In this document: one piece after another, positions 37,234-51,019 of the stretch
Layout: each line of letters begins with the position of its first letter
Numbering within the stretch: position 1 is the first letter of the stretch
Source: Octopus sinensis
Taxonomy: Eukaryota
Direction of reading: 5' to 3'
DNA length: 64,000 nt
NCBI RefSeq assembly: GCF_006345805.1
Contig: NC_043016.1
Coordinates: 10,788,001 to 10,852,000, forward strand
The notes under the pieces: model-generated
Seen by the model: the letters and a program-made list of their open reading frames with translations, nothing else
What the model was told of the DNA's origin: nothing
The model's database searches: none
Position numbers and translations under genes: made by a program

Positions 37234-39010
37234 TCATCATCATCATCATTTAGCGGCTGTGAAGCCAGAAGGCTGCACCAGGCTCCAGTCTGATCTGGCA
37301 GTGTTTCTACGGCTGGATGCCCTTCCTAACGCCAACCACTCCACGAGTGTAGTGGGTGCTTTTTACGTGTCACCGGCATGGAGGCCAGATAGGGCGGCGC
37401 TGGCAATGGCCACGAATGGATGGTGCTTTTTACGTGTCACCGGCACGGAGGCCAGTCGGGGCGGCGCTGGCAATGGCCACGATCGGATGGTTCTCTTACT
37501 TATCACCAGCACTGGTATCACAGCCGCAATTTCCATTGATGTTGATTGACATTGATTTTGGTTCTGCTTTCTGATATCTGATTTGATTTTGATTTTGATT
37601 TTGATTTTCACTTGCCTCAACGGGTCTTCACAAGTGGAGTTTTGTGTCCCAAGAAGGAAAGGTATGTATAAGTCGACTGGCTACATACCAGGTAGAGGCC
37701 ACGGGTTATGGTCTCACTAGTCTTGCCAGGTCTTCTCACGCACAGCATACTTCCATAGGTCTCGGTCTCTAGTCATTTCCTTGGTGAGACCTAAAGTGCG
37801 AAGGTCGTGCTTCACCACCTCGTCCCAGCTTTTCCTGGGTCTACCCACCTCTTCACAGGTTCCCTCAACTGCTAGGGTGTGGCACTTTTGCACACAACTA
37901 TCTTCAGCCATTCTCATCACATACCATACCACGCAAACGTCTCTCTTGCACACCACAATTGATGCTTCTTAGGTCCAACTTTTCTCTCAAGGTACTTACA
38001 CTCTGTCGATTATGAACATTGACATTACACATCCATCGGAGCAATACTGGCTTCATTTCTTGCGAGCTTACGCATATCCTCAGCAGTCACGGCCCATGTT
38101 TCACTACCATGTAGCATGGCTGTACGTACACATGCATCATACAGTCTGCCTTTTACTCTGAGCGAGAGGCCTTTTGTCACCAGCAGGGGTAAGAGCTCTC
38201 TGAACTTTGCCCAGGCTATTCTTACTCTAGCAGTTACACTTTCAGCACCCCCACCCCCGCAACTGACTTGGTCACCTAGGTAGCGGAAGCTATCAACTAC
38301 TTCTAGTTTGTCTCCCTGGAACGTGGTGGAAGTTGGTCTCTGCACATTTCCAGTGTTTATTGCTCCTGAGCATCTGCCACAGACAAAAACTATTTTCCTA
38401 GTTAGCCTTCCTTTGACATTGCTGCACCTCTTATGTGTCCATAGCTTACACTTGGTGCACCTTATAGTTTTTCTACTTCTACCTACACCCTTTACAGATC
38501 GAGCAGGGCCATCTACCTGAAGTCGTTTGTGATTGGTCTACCTTCCTACTTATTAGGACTTTGGTTTTGGCTCGGTTGATTCTAAGGCCCTTCGATTCTA
38601 ATCCTTGCTTCCACACCTGAAACTTCTCCTCCAGTTCTGATAGTGACTCAGCAATTAGAGCAAGGTCATCAGCATAGAGGAGCTCCCAGGGGCATCCTGT
38701 CGTGAATTCCTCCATTATTGCCTGGAGGACTATGATAAATAGGAAGGCACTGAGGACTGAACCTTGGTGGACCCCAACCTCTACCCGGAATTCTTCACTG
38801 TACTCGTTGCCAACCCTCACCTTACCAGCAGCGTCTCTGTACATGGCTCGCACAGCTCTCACTAACCATTCATCTATCCCTAGTTTCCTCATTGACCACC
38901 AGATAAGGGATCAGGGGACCCTGTCGAAGGCTTTCTCCATGTCAACAAAAGCCAGGTACAGGGGCTTATCTTTGGCTAGGTATTTCTCCTGCTGCTGTCT
39001 TACCAGGAAT
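37234..39010 (-). mobile_element. RTE-clade LINE, 5'-truncated
   Basis: FVDMEKAFDRV, GVHQGSVLS, WELLYADDLAL, FRYLGD, LHGSETW, GRPRKSWDEVV; same family as 18738-22237. Confidence 0.93.
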
Positions 39011-39085
39011 TGAAAAGGTTGCAAGATGCAACGAAGATTTCAGGAAAATAAAAATAAGTGGAAATTTTACCGGTGAGTGTGTTAA

Positions 39086-39306
39086 CCCTTTAGTGTTCAC
39101 ATTAATCTGCCAAAATTAATGTTTTTTCATCCACTTTGTTTTGAACTAATCATGCATTATCTTGTAGTTATGAGATTTTGATGAGGTAGCTGTTAATTTT
39201 TAAAACAATATTGTAGGGTTGGTGTGAGAGACCAGATATGGCCAATTTGAACATAAAACAAGCAGAATACTTTTGGCCGGATATGGCCGGTTTAAATGCT
39301 AAAGGG
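39086..39306. mobile_element. piggyBac-like MITE
   Basis: ttaa|ccctttag ... ctaaaggg|ctaa termini. Confidence 0.6.
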
Positions 39307-41062
39307 CTAAATTATAAGGCACAAAAGAAAATGACTCCCCCCAGACACAACAGAATATGGGTTAATTGATATTTGTTTATAAAGGTTAATTTGTTTATAA
39401 GGGTTAATTTCACAAGAAACAGGGTTGCAAGCTGCCCGAGAAAGGATGCACAGACATAGAACACAGATCAGAGAGGAACAGCAAAAAGATATAATAAAAT
39501 GAGGTAAAAGACAACACTGAAGGAAACATAAGGAAAAGAATGTAGATGAACGTGAAGAATATGTAAAGAAAGCTAAACAATGAATGCTATAAAAATGCAT
39601 ATCATCCTTTCTTTCATGTTTCTCATTCTGTGGAATTTCCACAGATCCAACAAGTATATATTATTTAGGGATAAGCACACACTGGTTGAGAATTTTTCTA
39701 CTTGATAAATTGCAGTGAAAAGCATTTACAGGTTCAAATTTGTCATATATATATATGCCAGTGCCGCCTTGTCTGGCTTCTGTGCCGGTAGCACATTAAA
39801 AGCACCAACTGATCGTGGCCGATGCCAGACTCCCCTGGCACGTAAAAAGCACCCACTACACTCGCGGAGTGGTTGGCGTTAGGAAGGGCATCCAGCTGTA
39901 GAAACACTGCCAGATCAGACTGGAGCCTGGTGCAGCTCCTGGCTTCCCAGACCCCGGTCGAACCGTCCAACCGGTGCTAGCGCGGAAAACGGACGTTAAA
40001 CGATGATGATGATATATATATATGAGATATTTATACATACACACACATACATGAATTTATACATGAGTATATATAAATGGAATGAGAGAGAATAATTGTT
40101 TGTCAGGTTGACTGACATACATACAAGCATGCATACATATATACATACATGAGTACATACATACATACATGAGTACATGCATACATATGTACGTACATAT
40201 ATACATACATGTTCATGTAGGGTGTTTACGAAGTTTATGTCTTAACCAGTTGGCTTCAGGGTTATGCCCTCTGCACTTTACCTTCTGCTATATACCTGGA
40301 TTGATCAAAGCTTTATGAGAATTTAGTAGTTGTAAACTGAAAGAAATTTTTTTGCATTTACAGAGAATACCAAACTGTCTTACACAGGATCTTGTTTTTA
40401 GGAATTCCCAATGACTTATGAATACCCAAATTGTGAAATCAGTTATGTAATAACATGAAATTAGTTACCTGATAGTAAGAATTCAAATAGCCCTGAAAAT
40501 GGCTTTAAAACATTCCCAGAGTATATAAAACATAAGAGAAAATACTAATAAGTTATGTATACTAAATTGTGAAGCATGTTACATAATAACAGGCAAATCA
40601 GATATGAGATAATAATAATTCTAAGTAAATAACTCTGAAAAGGGCTTTTGTGCATTCCCAGTGAATATTGCCCTCAGGGATACTAGTGTTGGTATATTCG
40701 TGAATAAGTCACTAACCGAAATAAGTGGATTTATTGTTTAAGAAAATACTATTTACTTCTTTAAGGGTTGTACTGGATAACCTATGTAAATAACTAACAG
40801 TTCAAATACTAAGGAATAAGCATACTCAATTTCATTTTTACCAAATATTTAAAGAAAATGAATAGGTTATTTCCCTTGGCTCTATATATAAGGATCCCTT
40901 CCAGGAGCCCTATTAACAATTTGAGTATGCCATGAGGTTTCCAAACATGAGTTCTACTCACGTGTCAAGTTTCATCAAAATCGATAAAACGATGTAGGAG
41001 GAGTTAGCTAACAACTCCACAAACACACACACAGACAGAATTTCCCATACATATACTATATA

Positions 41063-41099
<37 letters not shown>

Positions 41100-42029
41100 A
41101 TAATAACATTAAGCAGAAGATACGACAATATCCTGAGCATGTTTGGGACTCACTAATTTTGATAACAATAACTGCTTGGTGGTACTATCCATAATTCCAT
41201 TGGCGGTACTATCTAATAGTCACAAGCCAGCTCTGACTGAACCAACGGGTTGTTAGGTGGGTATGAACCACGAGAAACATGCCTATCACACTTAGTTAGT
41301 TGATTGAATTTTAGGTTGCTTTTACAAGTGTTTAGTTTTATGTTTTGAAATTTCAGCTTCATATTCTTCTTGGTTTGACGTTAGTCCTCTTACCTTAAGA
41401 GCTAAAGTATAATAAAAATAATTGCTTCTACTGTTGGCACATGGCCTGAAATGATGGGGAAGTTTTCCAAAAGTACTTGGAGCCTTAGATATTCAAACAT
41501 CAATTTCATTATCAAAAGCACTCTTAAAGTTTAGTGTACTTCCGAGATAGTTTAATGACCTGATCCATTTGAGTGGCTTATTGTCAACCATCATATCTGA
41601 ATTTTGAGTATGTTCGGTCCTAGGCTTTGGTTGGAATGATGATGATGATAAAGTGAAGGAGGAGGAGGACGAGGGGAGAAAAGGAAGATATAATAAGGAT
41701 AATAATAATAATAAAATAAGCCGCATATAGTTTTAATTGAGAAAGAAAACAAACTATGCTGGATCATAGATATATATTTCTTTACTACCCACAAGGGGCT
41801 AAACACAGAGGGGACAAACAAGGACAGACAAAGGGATTAAGTCGGTTATATCGACCCCAGTGCGTAACTGGTACTTAATTTATCGACTCCGAAAGGATGA
41901 AAGGCAAAGTCAACCTCGGCGGAATTTGAACTCGGAACGTAACGTCAGACAAAATACAGCTATGCATTTCGCCCGGCATGCTAATGTTTCTGCCAGCTCG
42001 TTGCCCTAATCATAGATATAGCATGACCA

Positions 42030-42350
42030 GCTGACAACAAGGTATGCGATGAGGAAGAAAGAAAAGTTGAGATATATGGGAGTTTAAGCAGTTGTGGTCG
42101 ATGAGAAAGGTAGCAGTAATTGTCGGAGCCCTGGGAAGAGTGAGCAAAAATCTCAAGAAGTACGTGGATCAAATAGGGGCTGCGATAAGGGTGGAGCACT
42201 TGCAGAAAACAGTACTGCTTGGAACTGCTCGAATATTCCTGAAGGTGCTCGAAAAATAAGGGGTGTTACCTTAGTTCACTGGTAGTGAACAGCTGACACT
42301 GTAGTACATCTCCAGCGTTAGAAGCTGTGCAAAGGCAATGATAATGATAA
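42030..42350 (+). mobile_element. R4/Dong-like non-LTR element 3' end (restriction-like endonuclease C-terminus)
   Basis: VIVGALGRVSKNLKKYVDQIGAAIRVEHLQKTVLLGTARIFLKVLEK*, followed by a (TAA/TGA)n tail. A related fragment at 43655-44100 (KDLEIEIGKM..LVVIGAQG) is flanked by (TAA)n. Confidence 0.7.
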
Positions 42351-42815
42351 TTGTTACAACTTGAACTTACCACTACATGTTATGTGTCATTCAGTCTATT
42401 GTGTGTGTGCATGTATGTGTGTGTATGATGGTCAATTGTGATTGGTTCTTCTCCAATCCATAAAACCTGCTGTAAATTGTTTGGGAACAATAAATGTTTT
42501 GTTTATTCACAGCGTGCGTTTGGTGTTCTGTTTCCATTAGGCTATGGCCTGAATTATATATTACTGGAATAGGACTGGTACTTATTAATAATAATGGTTT
42601 GAAATCTTGGCACAAGGCCAGCAATTTTAAGGTAGGGAATAAGTCGATTACATCGACCCTAGGGCTCAACTGGTACTTATTTTATCGACCCCAAAAGGAT
42701 GAAAGGCAAAAATGACCTTAGCAGAATTTGAACTCAGAATGTAAAGGCAGACAAAATGTTGTTGAGCATTTCGCCAGGCATTCTAATGATTCTGCCAGCT
42801 TACCACCTTCCAACA

Positions 42816-42854
<39 letters not shown>

Positions 42855-42879
42855 TAATAATAATAGTCTTAATAATAAT

Positions 42880-43627
42880 GATTTAACATCTGTTGTCCAT
42901 ACTGGCATGGATTGGACAGTTTAACTAGGGCTGGCAAGCTGGCAAGCTGCACCAGTCTGATTTGGCATGGTTTCCACAGCTGGGTGCCCTTCCTAACACC
43001 AACCATTTCAAGGGTGTAACAGGTGTTTTACGTGCCATTTGTGTGACACCGGTATCTGCCACAACTGCAATTTTGCTCAGCTTGATGTGTCTTCTTCTCA
43101 AGCACAACATAATGCCAAAGGTCTCAGTCATTCATCATTGCCTCCATAAGGCCCTACACTCAAAAGGTGCTTTTCATGTATCACTGGCATCGGCCACCTT
43201 GCCTCCATGAGACCCAATGTCCAAAAGGTGCTTTTTACATGCTGCCAGTCATATGACACCCACATTGGCCATCACTGCAATTTCACTTGACTTGACTGGT
43301 CTGTACAGTATGCTCAAGTACAGCATATCTCCAAAGGTCTCGGTCACTAGACATCGTCTCCATGAGGCCCAAAGTTTGGAGACCATGCTTCACCACCTCA
43401 TCCCATGTCTTCCTGGGTCTACCTCTTCCACAGGCTTCCTCCACAGTTAGAGTGCAACACTTCTTCGCACAGCTGTCCTCATCCATATGCATCACATGAC
43501 CATACCAGTGCAGTTGTCTCTCTTGCACACTGCATCTGATGCTTCTTATGCTCAACTTTTCTCTCAAGATGCTTACATTCTGTTGTACATGCACACTGAC
43601 ATTGCACATCCAGCGAAGCACACTGGC
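42880..43627 (-). mobile_element. Old RTE LINE 3' fragment
   Basis: ASVLRWMCNVS..RQLHWYGHVMHM..GRGRPRKTWDEVV followed by the 3' UTR. Confidence 0.8.
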
Positions 43628-43659
<32 letters not shown>

Positions 43660-44049
43660 CCAGTATAAGGATCTTGAAATAGAAATTGGCAAAATGTAGA
43701 ACCTCAAGACTAAACCAATACTTGTTGTCATAGGTGCCCAAGGAATGATAGCAAAAGCTAGAATGATACCTAGCTCAGAAACCAAGAAATCCCAAAACAG
43801 TAGAAATTTTTTTTAAATGCTTGTGGGAATTGCCCGTATCCTATGTAAAATACTATGTAATTTCAAATCTTAAAACAAATTTATAATAATTTTCTTATGT
43901 TTTCTTAAACATTCTCTAGAACAATATTTTGTGCCAAACAAAATATATGGCACCGTAGTTATAACTTCAACTTCTAATTTTTATTGTCTCTTGAGGTCTC
44001 TGGGTGAGACTTGGAGTCAACTTGCACAAATACAAAGCAAAAGTCAAAC

Positions 44050-44080
<31 letters not shown>

Positions 44081-44609
44081 TAATAATAATAATAATAATA
44101 ATAAGTGTTATCATGTACATGTTTTGTCTTGGTATAAAAGATGGGCTACAGCAAATATTCTGCTCAATACCACAGATTTGCTTGTCAGTTGTTTGACCGT
44201 AACCAGTTGAGCATGTCCCTTAGTGGCTGACAATATGTGCATCTTGATCATGAGCAGAAGTAGTGGGGGAGCATCATAGCCAGTGTTGAGAGGGATTCTT
44301 TGGGGTTTGAATCGTTCACCTCTGGAAACATGGGTGTGGTTCTTTCAACATCCTTAAACAACCCTTAATCAGGGACCTTTTGAACGGGATGGGGTACTAA
44401 ACCTGAAGAAAATTCTAACTGGGCCCCACCTGTAAGGTCATGTGCTGTTTATCTTGATATGAGATCACCATGTCGCGCACATTATGGTCGTGATGCATTG
44501 TGTGGCCTGGTGTACCCTTATCAGACGGGGTAGTCATGATGGGGTATATTGGGCTTCATAGATTTTACCCCAGTGTCACTTTGATGGCATGCACTGCTCT
44601 CTACTCATG

Positions 44610-44665
<56 letters not shown>

Positions 44666-44967
44666 AAAAATGGCTTTAAGTTTTGGCACAAGGCCAGCAA
44701 TCTTCAGGGGAGATTACATCAATCCCAGTATCCAAATGGTATTTATTTTATTGACCCCGAAAGGATGAAAGCTGACTTTGGCAAATAAGTACCAGAAATA
44801 AGCAGAAGTTGATAGAATCATTTGTGATTTTTTTCCATTACACAAACGCTGGCATTTGGATCAGCAAAAATAATAAAACAAAGATTAAGAAACAAACAAA
44901 TAAATAAACTGAAAGTTACAAGAATCCTAATGACAGAAACCAGTGGAAGAATAAAGGATTAACATAC

Positions 44968-45029
44968 TTATTTTCTTGTATAAACTTGGTTAATACGAGT
45001 CTTAGAAGCTTCTGAGTAGCTTTGAAAAC
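44968..45029 (-). CDS. CEP104: CEP104-like exon (TOG)
   Basis: tctttag|VFKATQKLLRLVLTKFIQEN(AA|gtatgt); 62 nt, phase 0-2. Confidence 0.85.
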
Positions 45030-45047
45030 CTAAAGAAAAAGATATAC

Positions 45048-45082
<35 letters not shown>

Positions 45083-47051
45083 TATAAAATAACAGTTCTC
45101 ACTTGTTACTGTCACACTGACTTTATGGTTTACAAAGAGAGAGAAAAATATAAGAAAAACGTAATTATCATTTAATCCTGGTTTCCCCACCCCATTGCAA
45201 AAAGGAAATGAATGTAAAAAAAAAAAAAATCCAATTATAACTTTCTTTTTCTTCATCCTGAAAATAAAGAAAGAAATGTGGGTGGATGATAAACGGAAAA
45301 AAAGAAAGAAAAAAAAAAGATAAAGCAAATCTGGAATTGTCGTTCTTTACAAACTGAAGAGCAAATAAGTGTCAGTTACTCGAACAAGACGAATAGGGAA
45401 TAATTTTGTTCAGCTAACTGATCCGATTGTAAACAGAGGAAGCCATATAATCCCGAGTGCTTGAGATGTTGTTTGAATAATCAGAAATTTTGATAATTAG
45501 GTAATAGGTGCTTGCATAACCAAAACTTGTCTGTGTGTATATAGATGTATATATAAATATGTACATGTGTGTGTGTGTGCGTGTGTACAGATGGAGATGA
45601 GTACCAATATCTCAATGAAGCAGGGTTGATAATTGCTGGGAATTCTCAGCATGAAACCAATGGTAGCCTTGTCTGTCCAATATATGTCTTGTTTTGAATA
45701 TCATTTCATTTGTATATAGCTTATTTATTTCATATTTGTATGTTCACTTTCTGTCATGTTTGGTCTCTTGTTCATAGGCTCACTATTTCCCAGTGGCTTC
45801 TCATCACCAACACCACCAAAGAGGAGCAATATTAGCGTTAAAGGTGTGAAATTGCTGAGATCCTTTGGCTGATAACTGATGAGGATTTGGCAACTTTCTG
45901 TGTGTCTGTTTTCCATTTGTTTGTGCTTATATATATATTGTCTTTTAACTTATTATTTAACGGAAAGCTACACATTGTCTTTCATTTTGTTTACACTAAG
46001 TGAATTTATAAATATATATTATTTTTTTGTGGAATGGTGAAATTCGAAACACACATAAAGCTATAAATAACAGTGTGTGAATGACCCCTTAGAGACCATT
46101 TTCCGTCCGTCCATCCATCCCTGAATGCGTGCGTGCGTGCATGCATACATACATACATCATCATCATCATCATCATTTAGCGTCCGTTTTCCATGCTAGC
46201 ATGGATTGGACGGTTTAACTGGGGTCTGTGAAGCCGGAAGGCTTCATCAGGCCCAGTCAGATTTGGCAGTGTTTCTACGGCTGGATGCCCTTCCTAATGC
46301 CAACCACTCCATGAGTGTAGTGGGTGCTTTTTACGTGCCACCTGCATATTATACATACATATCATATTAAGAGGTACGACATAATATCCAGGCAGATACC
46401 GAATTGCTCTGAGTAAAAAGCCAAGGCTGGTGCTTTCAGATCATGCATTTTATGGAAAATTTCCTTTAACTCCCATCTGGTGTTACAGTTTTTCCTGGTT
46501 ACTTAGAGTGTAAAGTACAATATTGATAACAAGGAGAATGAAGAATTTGAACATTCAAACGTAATGTTTATTTACAGTTGGTTTATTCATAATAATATTC
46601 TGACACGTGTTTTGAACCACATTAAATGCATATCGTTGCATATTTATATGCACTGATTTATGCATTATAAGTATGATCTCTTCAGGGTGTATAGATATGA
46701 CATTGTTCGAAGAGAATTTTCAAACTAATAATGCAAGAAAATTCCTCTTCGAAAAATGTCATGTTTATACACCCTGAGGAGATTGTACTAATAATGCATA
46801 AATTGCTGCATATAAATATGCAACAATGAACACAATTGAAACACATGTTGCACAATTATCATGAATAAACCAACTATAAATAAACAATGTTTGAATGTTC
46901 AAATTCTTCATTCTCCTTATTATCAATATCATATATCATCGTCGTCATCATCGTCGTTTAATAACGTCCGTTCTCCATGCTAGCATGGGTTGGACGGTTT
47001 CGACCGGGGTTCTGGGAAGCCAGAAGGCTGCACCAGGCTCCATATATATAT

Positions 47052-47089
<38 letters not shown>

Positions 47090-48123
47090 ATACATATAAT
47101 ATATATATACATATATATATATATGAATAAATGAAAGAATGGAGTCGATCAAAGATTTTAAACAAATTTCCTTTACTTTCAACACATGTTTCGAAGACTG
47201 CATACTCTTAATTCCGATTATCCATACTAGGATAATTCATTCACCTACTTATATATATATATTATATATATATATAATATTAAGGAGTGTAACTCCAAAC
47301 TTAAGGAAAAAATCATTTAGTATTAAATCAAATTTCACAATATAAATATATAATATATAAATTAGAGAAAAACCACTAATATGTAATTCAAACAATGATA
47401 GACATAAACCAAATCATGAAGAAAAATAAAATATATTATAAAATATATAACTAGATCACAAAAATTACAAAAAATGAATAAACAATATAAGTAATAAGTA
47501 ATTGTTATTAATTTTTTGTACTTTTTGTGATCTAGTTATATATTTTATAATATATTTTATTTTTTCTTTATGATTTGGTTTGTCTATCACTTTTTGAATT
47601 ACATAATAGTGGTTTTCCTCTAATTTATATATATATATATATATTTAAATATAATAGTATATGAAATATACACGGAGAGAAAACCATCATGTGGATTTCT
47701 TACATGCTAAAAATGGCAGTCAAAGCCCAAAACCACAAAAAAATCATTCTTACATTAAAAAAAACTCTTTCACTTGCAAAGTTATTGCCATGCATCCACT
47801 AGTTTCAGTTGATAGTCATAGATGTTTACATCTATGACACGTAAAAAGCACCAACTGATCGTGGCCGTTGCCTGCCTCCTCTGGCCCCTGTGCTGGTGGC
47901 ACATAAAAAGCACCCACTACACTCACGGAGTGGTTGGCATTAGGAAGGGCATCCAGCTGTAGAAACACTGCCAAAATCAGACTGGAGCCTGGTGAAGCCA
48001 GTCTGGCTTTCCAGACCCCGGTCGAACTGTCCAACCCACGTTAGCATGGAAAACGGACATTAAACGATGATGATGATGTGTTTTCTGTACGTATTTTAGT
48101 GTCATATTTATACATTTTACAGC

Positions 48124-48221
48124 GACCTTACTGACGAGCTATGGATGACCAATTAATCAGTTAATTAACTTATTAGTTAATTTATTTGGTCCTTAATGGT
48201 GAAACTCATGGGTATAAGGTC
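48124..48221 (+). ncRNA. Type I hammerhead ribozyme motif (complete)
   Basis: gacctta-CTGACGA-long stem II (gctat..gacc aa...ttggtc..atggt)-GAAAC-tcatgg-GTA-taaggtc. Stem I is a perfect 7 bp; stem III ACTCATGGGT is near-palindromic. Confidence 0.85.
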
Positions 48222-50061
48222 AACTGAAATTTTTATTCACTCAAAAGTCTTGCTCATGTACAAGCAACGTGCTTTAATGTAAGAATGTTTTTTTGTGTGG
48301 TTTGGGGCTTTGACTGCCATTTTTAGCATGTAAGAACTCCAAATGGTGATTTTTCTCTTCGTGTATGTGTATGTGTGCATGAGTGTGTACATGTATATAT
48401 GTGTACATGCATATATATATATATATATATGTGTGTATATACCTGTTTTCCTCACATACTGTTTATATCGAAAAATATTTATGTCTTCTAACTTTTATTA
48501 TGCATACTAACCACCGGTATAAAATATTTAATAATTTTTACCCTTGTATTTATAAGTTATATATATCGCCGCCTCAACGGGCCTCCTTGCCGGTGGCACG
48601 TAAAAAGCACCATCCGATCGTGGCCGTTTGCCAGCCTCGTCTGGCACCTTTGCCGGTGGCACGTAAAAAGCACCCACTACACTCACAGAGTGGTTGGCGT
48701 TAGGAAGGGCATCCAGACATAGAAACATTGCCAGATCAGACTGGGCCTGGTGCAGCCTTCTGGCTTCCCAGACCCCAGTTGAACAGTCCAACCCATGCTA
48801 GCATGGAAAACGGACGCTAAATGATGATGATGATGATGATGATGATGATATAAGCAAAACATTTAAACATTGAGATTTAAAATCAGATGTCACTACTGTT
48901 CATATCATCTGTGGATAAATTTTAAAATTGATGATATCACCAGCAGTGTCATGCTTGGATCGCAGGCGCAATAGCATTAAATAGCTATGAATTATAAATT
49001 TGTACGAAGAGTTAGGATGCTTAACAAGCATCCACCTGCTAGAAATAAGAGCTAAAGTCTTAAAGTTATCCACCGTACCGCACCAAGATAACAGAGAAAA
49101 ACAGTATGCGAGGAAACAGATACATACACATATATATATATATATATACAGATACACATATATATTGTGGGAAATAGTTGAGATGGTAAACATTTTTAAT
49201 TTTCATTCCTTTCGTGAATTTATCCTTTTTTGTGGTCTTGAGATTTCTACTGCTCTTTCTAGCACAACGCTTTCCTGTTTGGAAAACTCTTATTGTATTT
49301 CTATACACATATATATACATAAATATACACATATATACATATACACACACATGCACACATACACACTCATCTACATACACCAATACACACATATCAATCA
49401 ATCAAACACCAGCATAAATGGATTTTCACAATCAATTCTTAAAATTTGTTTTTGTATTTACACAAGTACTTCATGGACTTTGTAACAACCATCACTGAGC
49501 ATTTTTATATAGTAACAGTTGCCTCTAGCTAAGTATATACATAGCAACTAACTCTCTTACTCTTTTACTTGTTTCAGTCATTTGACTGCGGCCATGCTGG
49601 AGCACTGCCTTTAGTCGAGCAACTCGACCCCGGGACTTATTCTTTTTGTAAGCCCAGTACTTATTCTATTGATCTCTTTTTGCCAAACCGCTAAGTGACG
49701 GGGACGTAAACACCCAGCATCGTTGTCAAGCAATGCTAGGGGGGACAAACACAGACACACACACACATATATATATATATACATATATACGACAGGCTCT
49801 TTCCAGTTTCCGTCTACCAAATCCACTCACAAGGCATTGGTCGGCCCGGGGCTATAGCAGAGACACTTGCCCAAGATGCCACGTAGTGGGACTAAACCCG
49901 GAATCATGTGGTTGGTTAGCAAGCTACTTACCACACAGCCACTCCTGCGCCTAACTCTAGATGAATACTTAAATGAATATTAACTTAAAATACCTGGCAA
50001 CAGTGACAACAACTAAATACTATCATTAAATAGCTACAGAAAAATAACATTTACAGCATTA

Positions 50062-50392
50062 CAGTAATACCTTGCCTTATTGCAGTTCACCTATCGTGGT
50101 TCACCTTTCACAGTTCGTTATATTTAGGCTTACAACGATTCTTCTCTGGTGTTGCTTTGCATTTATAATAAATTAAATCTTTTCCTTTCTTTTTTTACTT
50201 GTTTCAGTCATTTGACTGCGGCTATGCTGGAGCACCGCCTTTTAGTCGAGCAAACCAACCCTGGAACTTATTCTTTTTTAAGCCCAGTACTTATTCTATC
50301 GATCTCTTTTGCCGAACCGCTAAGTAACAGGGATGTAAACACACCAGCATTGGTTGTCAAGCAATGCTAGGGGGACAAACACAGACACACAA

Positions 50393-50429
<37 letters not shown>

Positions 50430-50711
50430 CATATATACGACAAGCTTCTTTCAGTTTTCATCTACCAAATCCACTCACAAGGTATTGGTCGGCCCGGGGC
50501 TATAGCAGAAGACACTTGCCCAAGATGCCACGCAGTGGGACTGAACCCGGAACCACGTGGTTGGTTAGCAAGCTACTTACCACACAGCCACTCCTGTGTA
50601 CAAATTATAATTAAAAAACAAAACAAATAAAGTACTGTTTCTACTTTGCGGATTTTCACCAATCGCAGGGGATTTGGGAACATGACACCCTTATTAGTTG
50701 AGGGATTACTG
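50062..50711. mobile_element. pogo/Tigger-like MITE containing a SINE
   Basis: ta|cagtaatacctt ... gagggattactg|ta termini. Confidence 0.6.
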
Positions 50712-50771
50712 TACTCCTTTCTTTCTAGTGAATGTAATTTCCAAATTAAAATCAAATTCAGTGCAGCATTC

Positions 50772-50983
50772 CTATCCATTCGAAACTGGTTTCAACTTCT
50801 CAATAAAACTCTTCTATTTTACTCTTTAAATAACTTCATTTGAGTTATAAAGCTTATAAAGTGGAAATCCAAAGAAATTTTTATTGCAGTATGTTTTTAA
50901 ATGGGTACCGAAAGGGATATGTCAGATCTGAAGTACCATAATCTGCTGCTGGTGTATTTCTGTGTTCTGAGAGTAAATTTCCT

Positions 50984-51019
<36 letters not shown>

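Noticed and set aside
48990-49060. Hairpin ggatgct-taaca-agcatcc preceded by acgaaga
   Set aside because: Core and stems do not fit a hammerhead; kept only as the interior of the 48437/49125 inverted pair.
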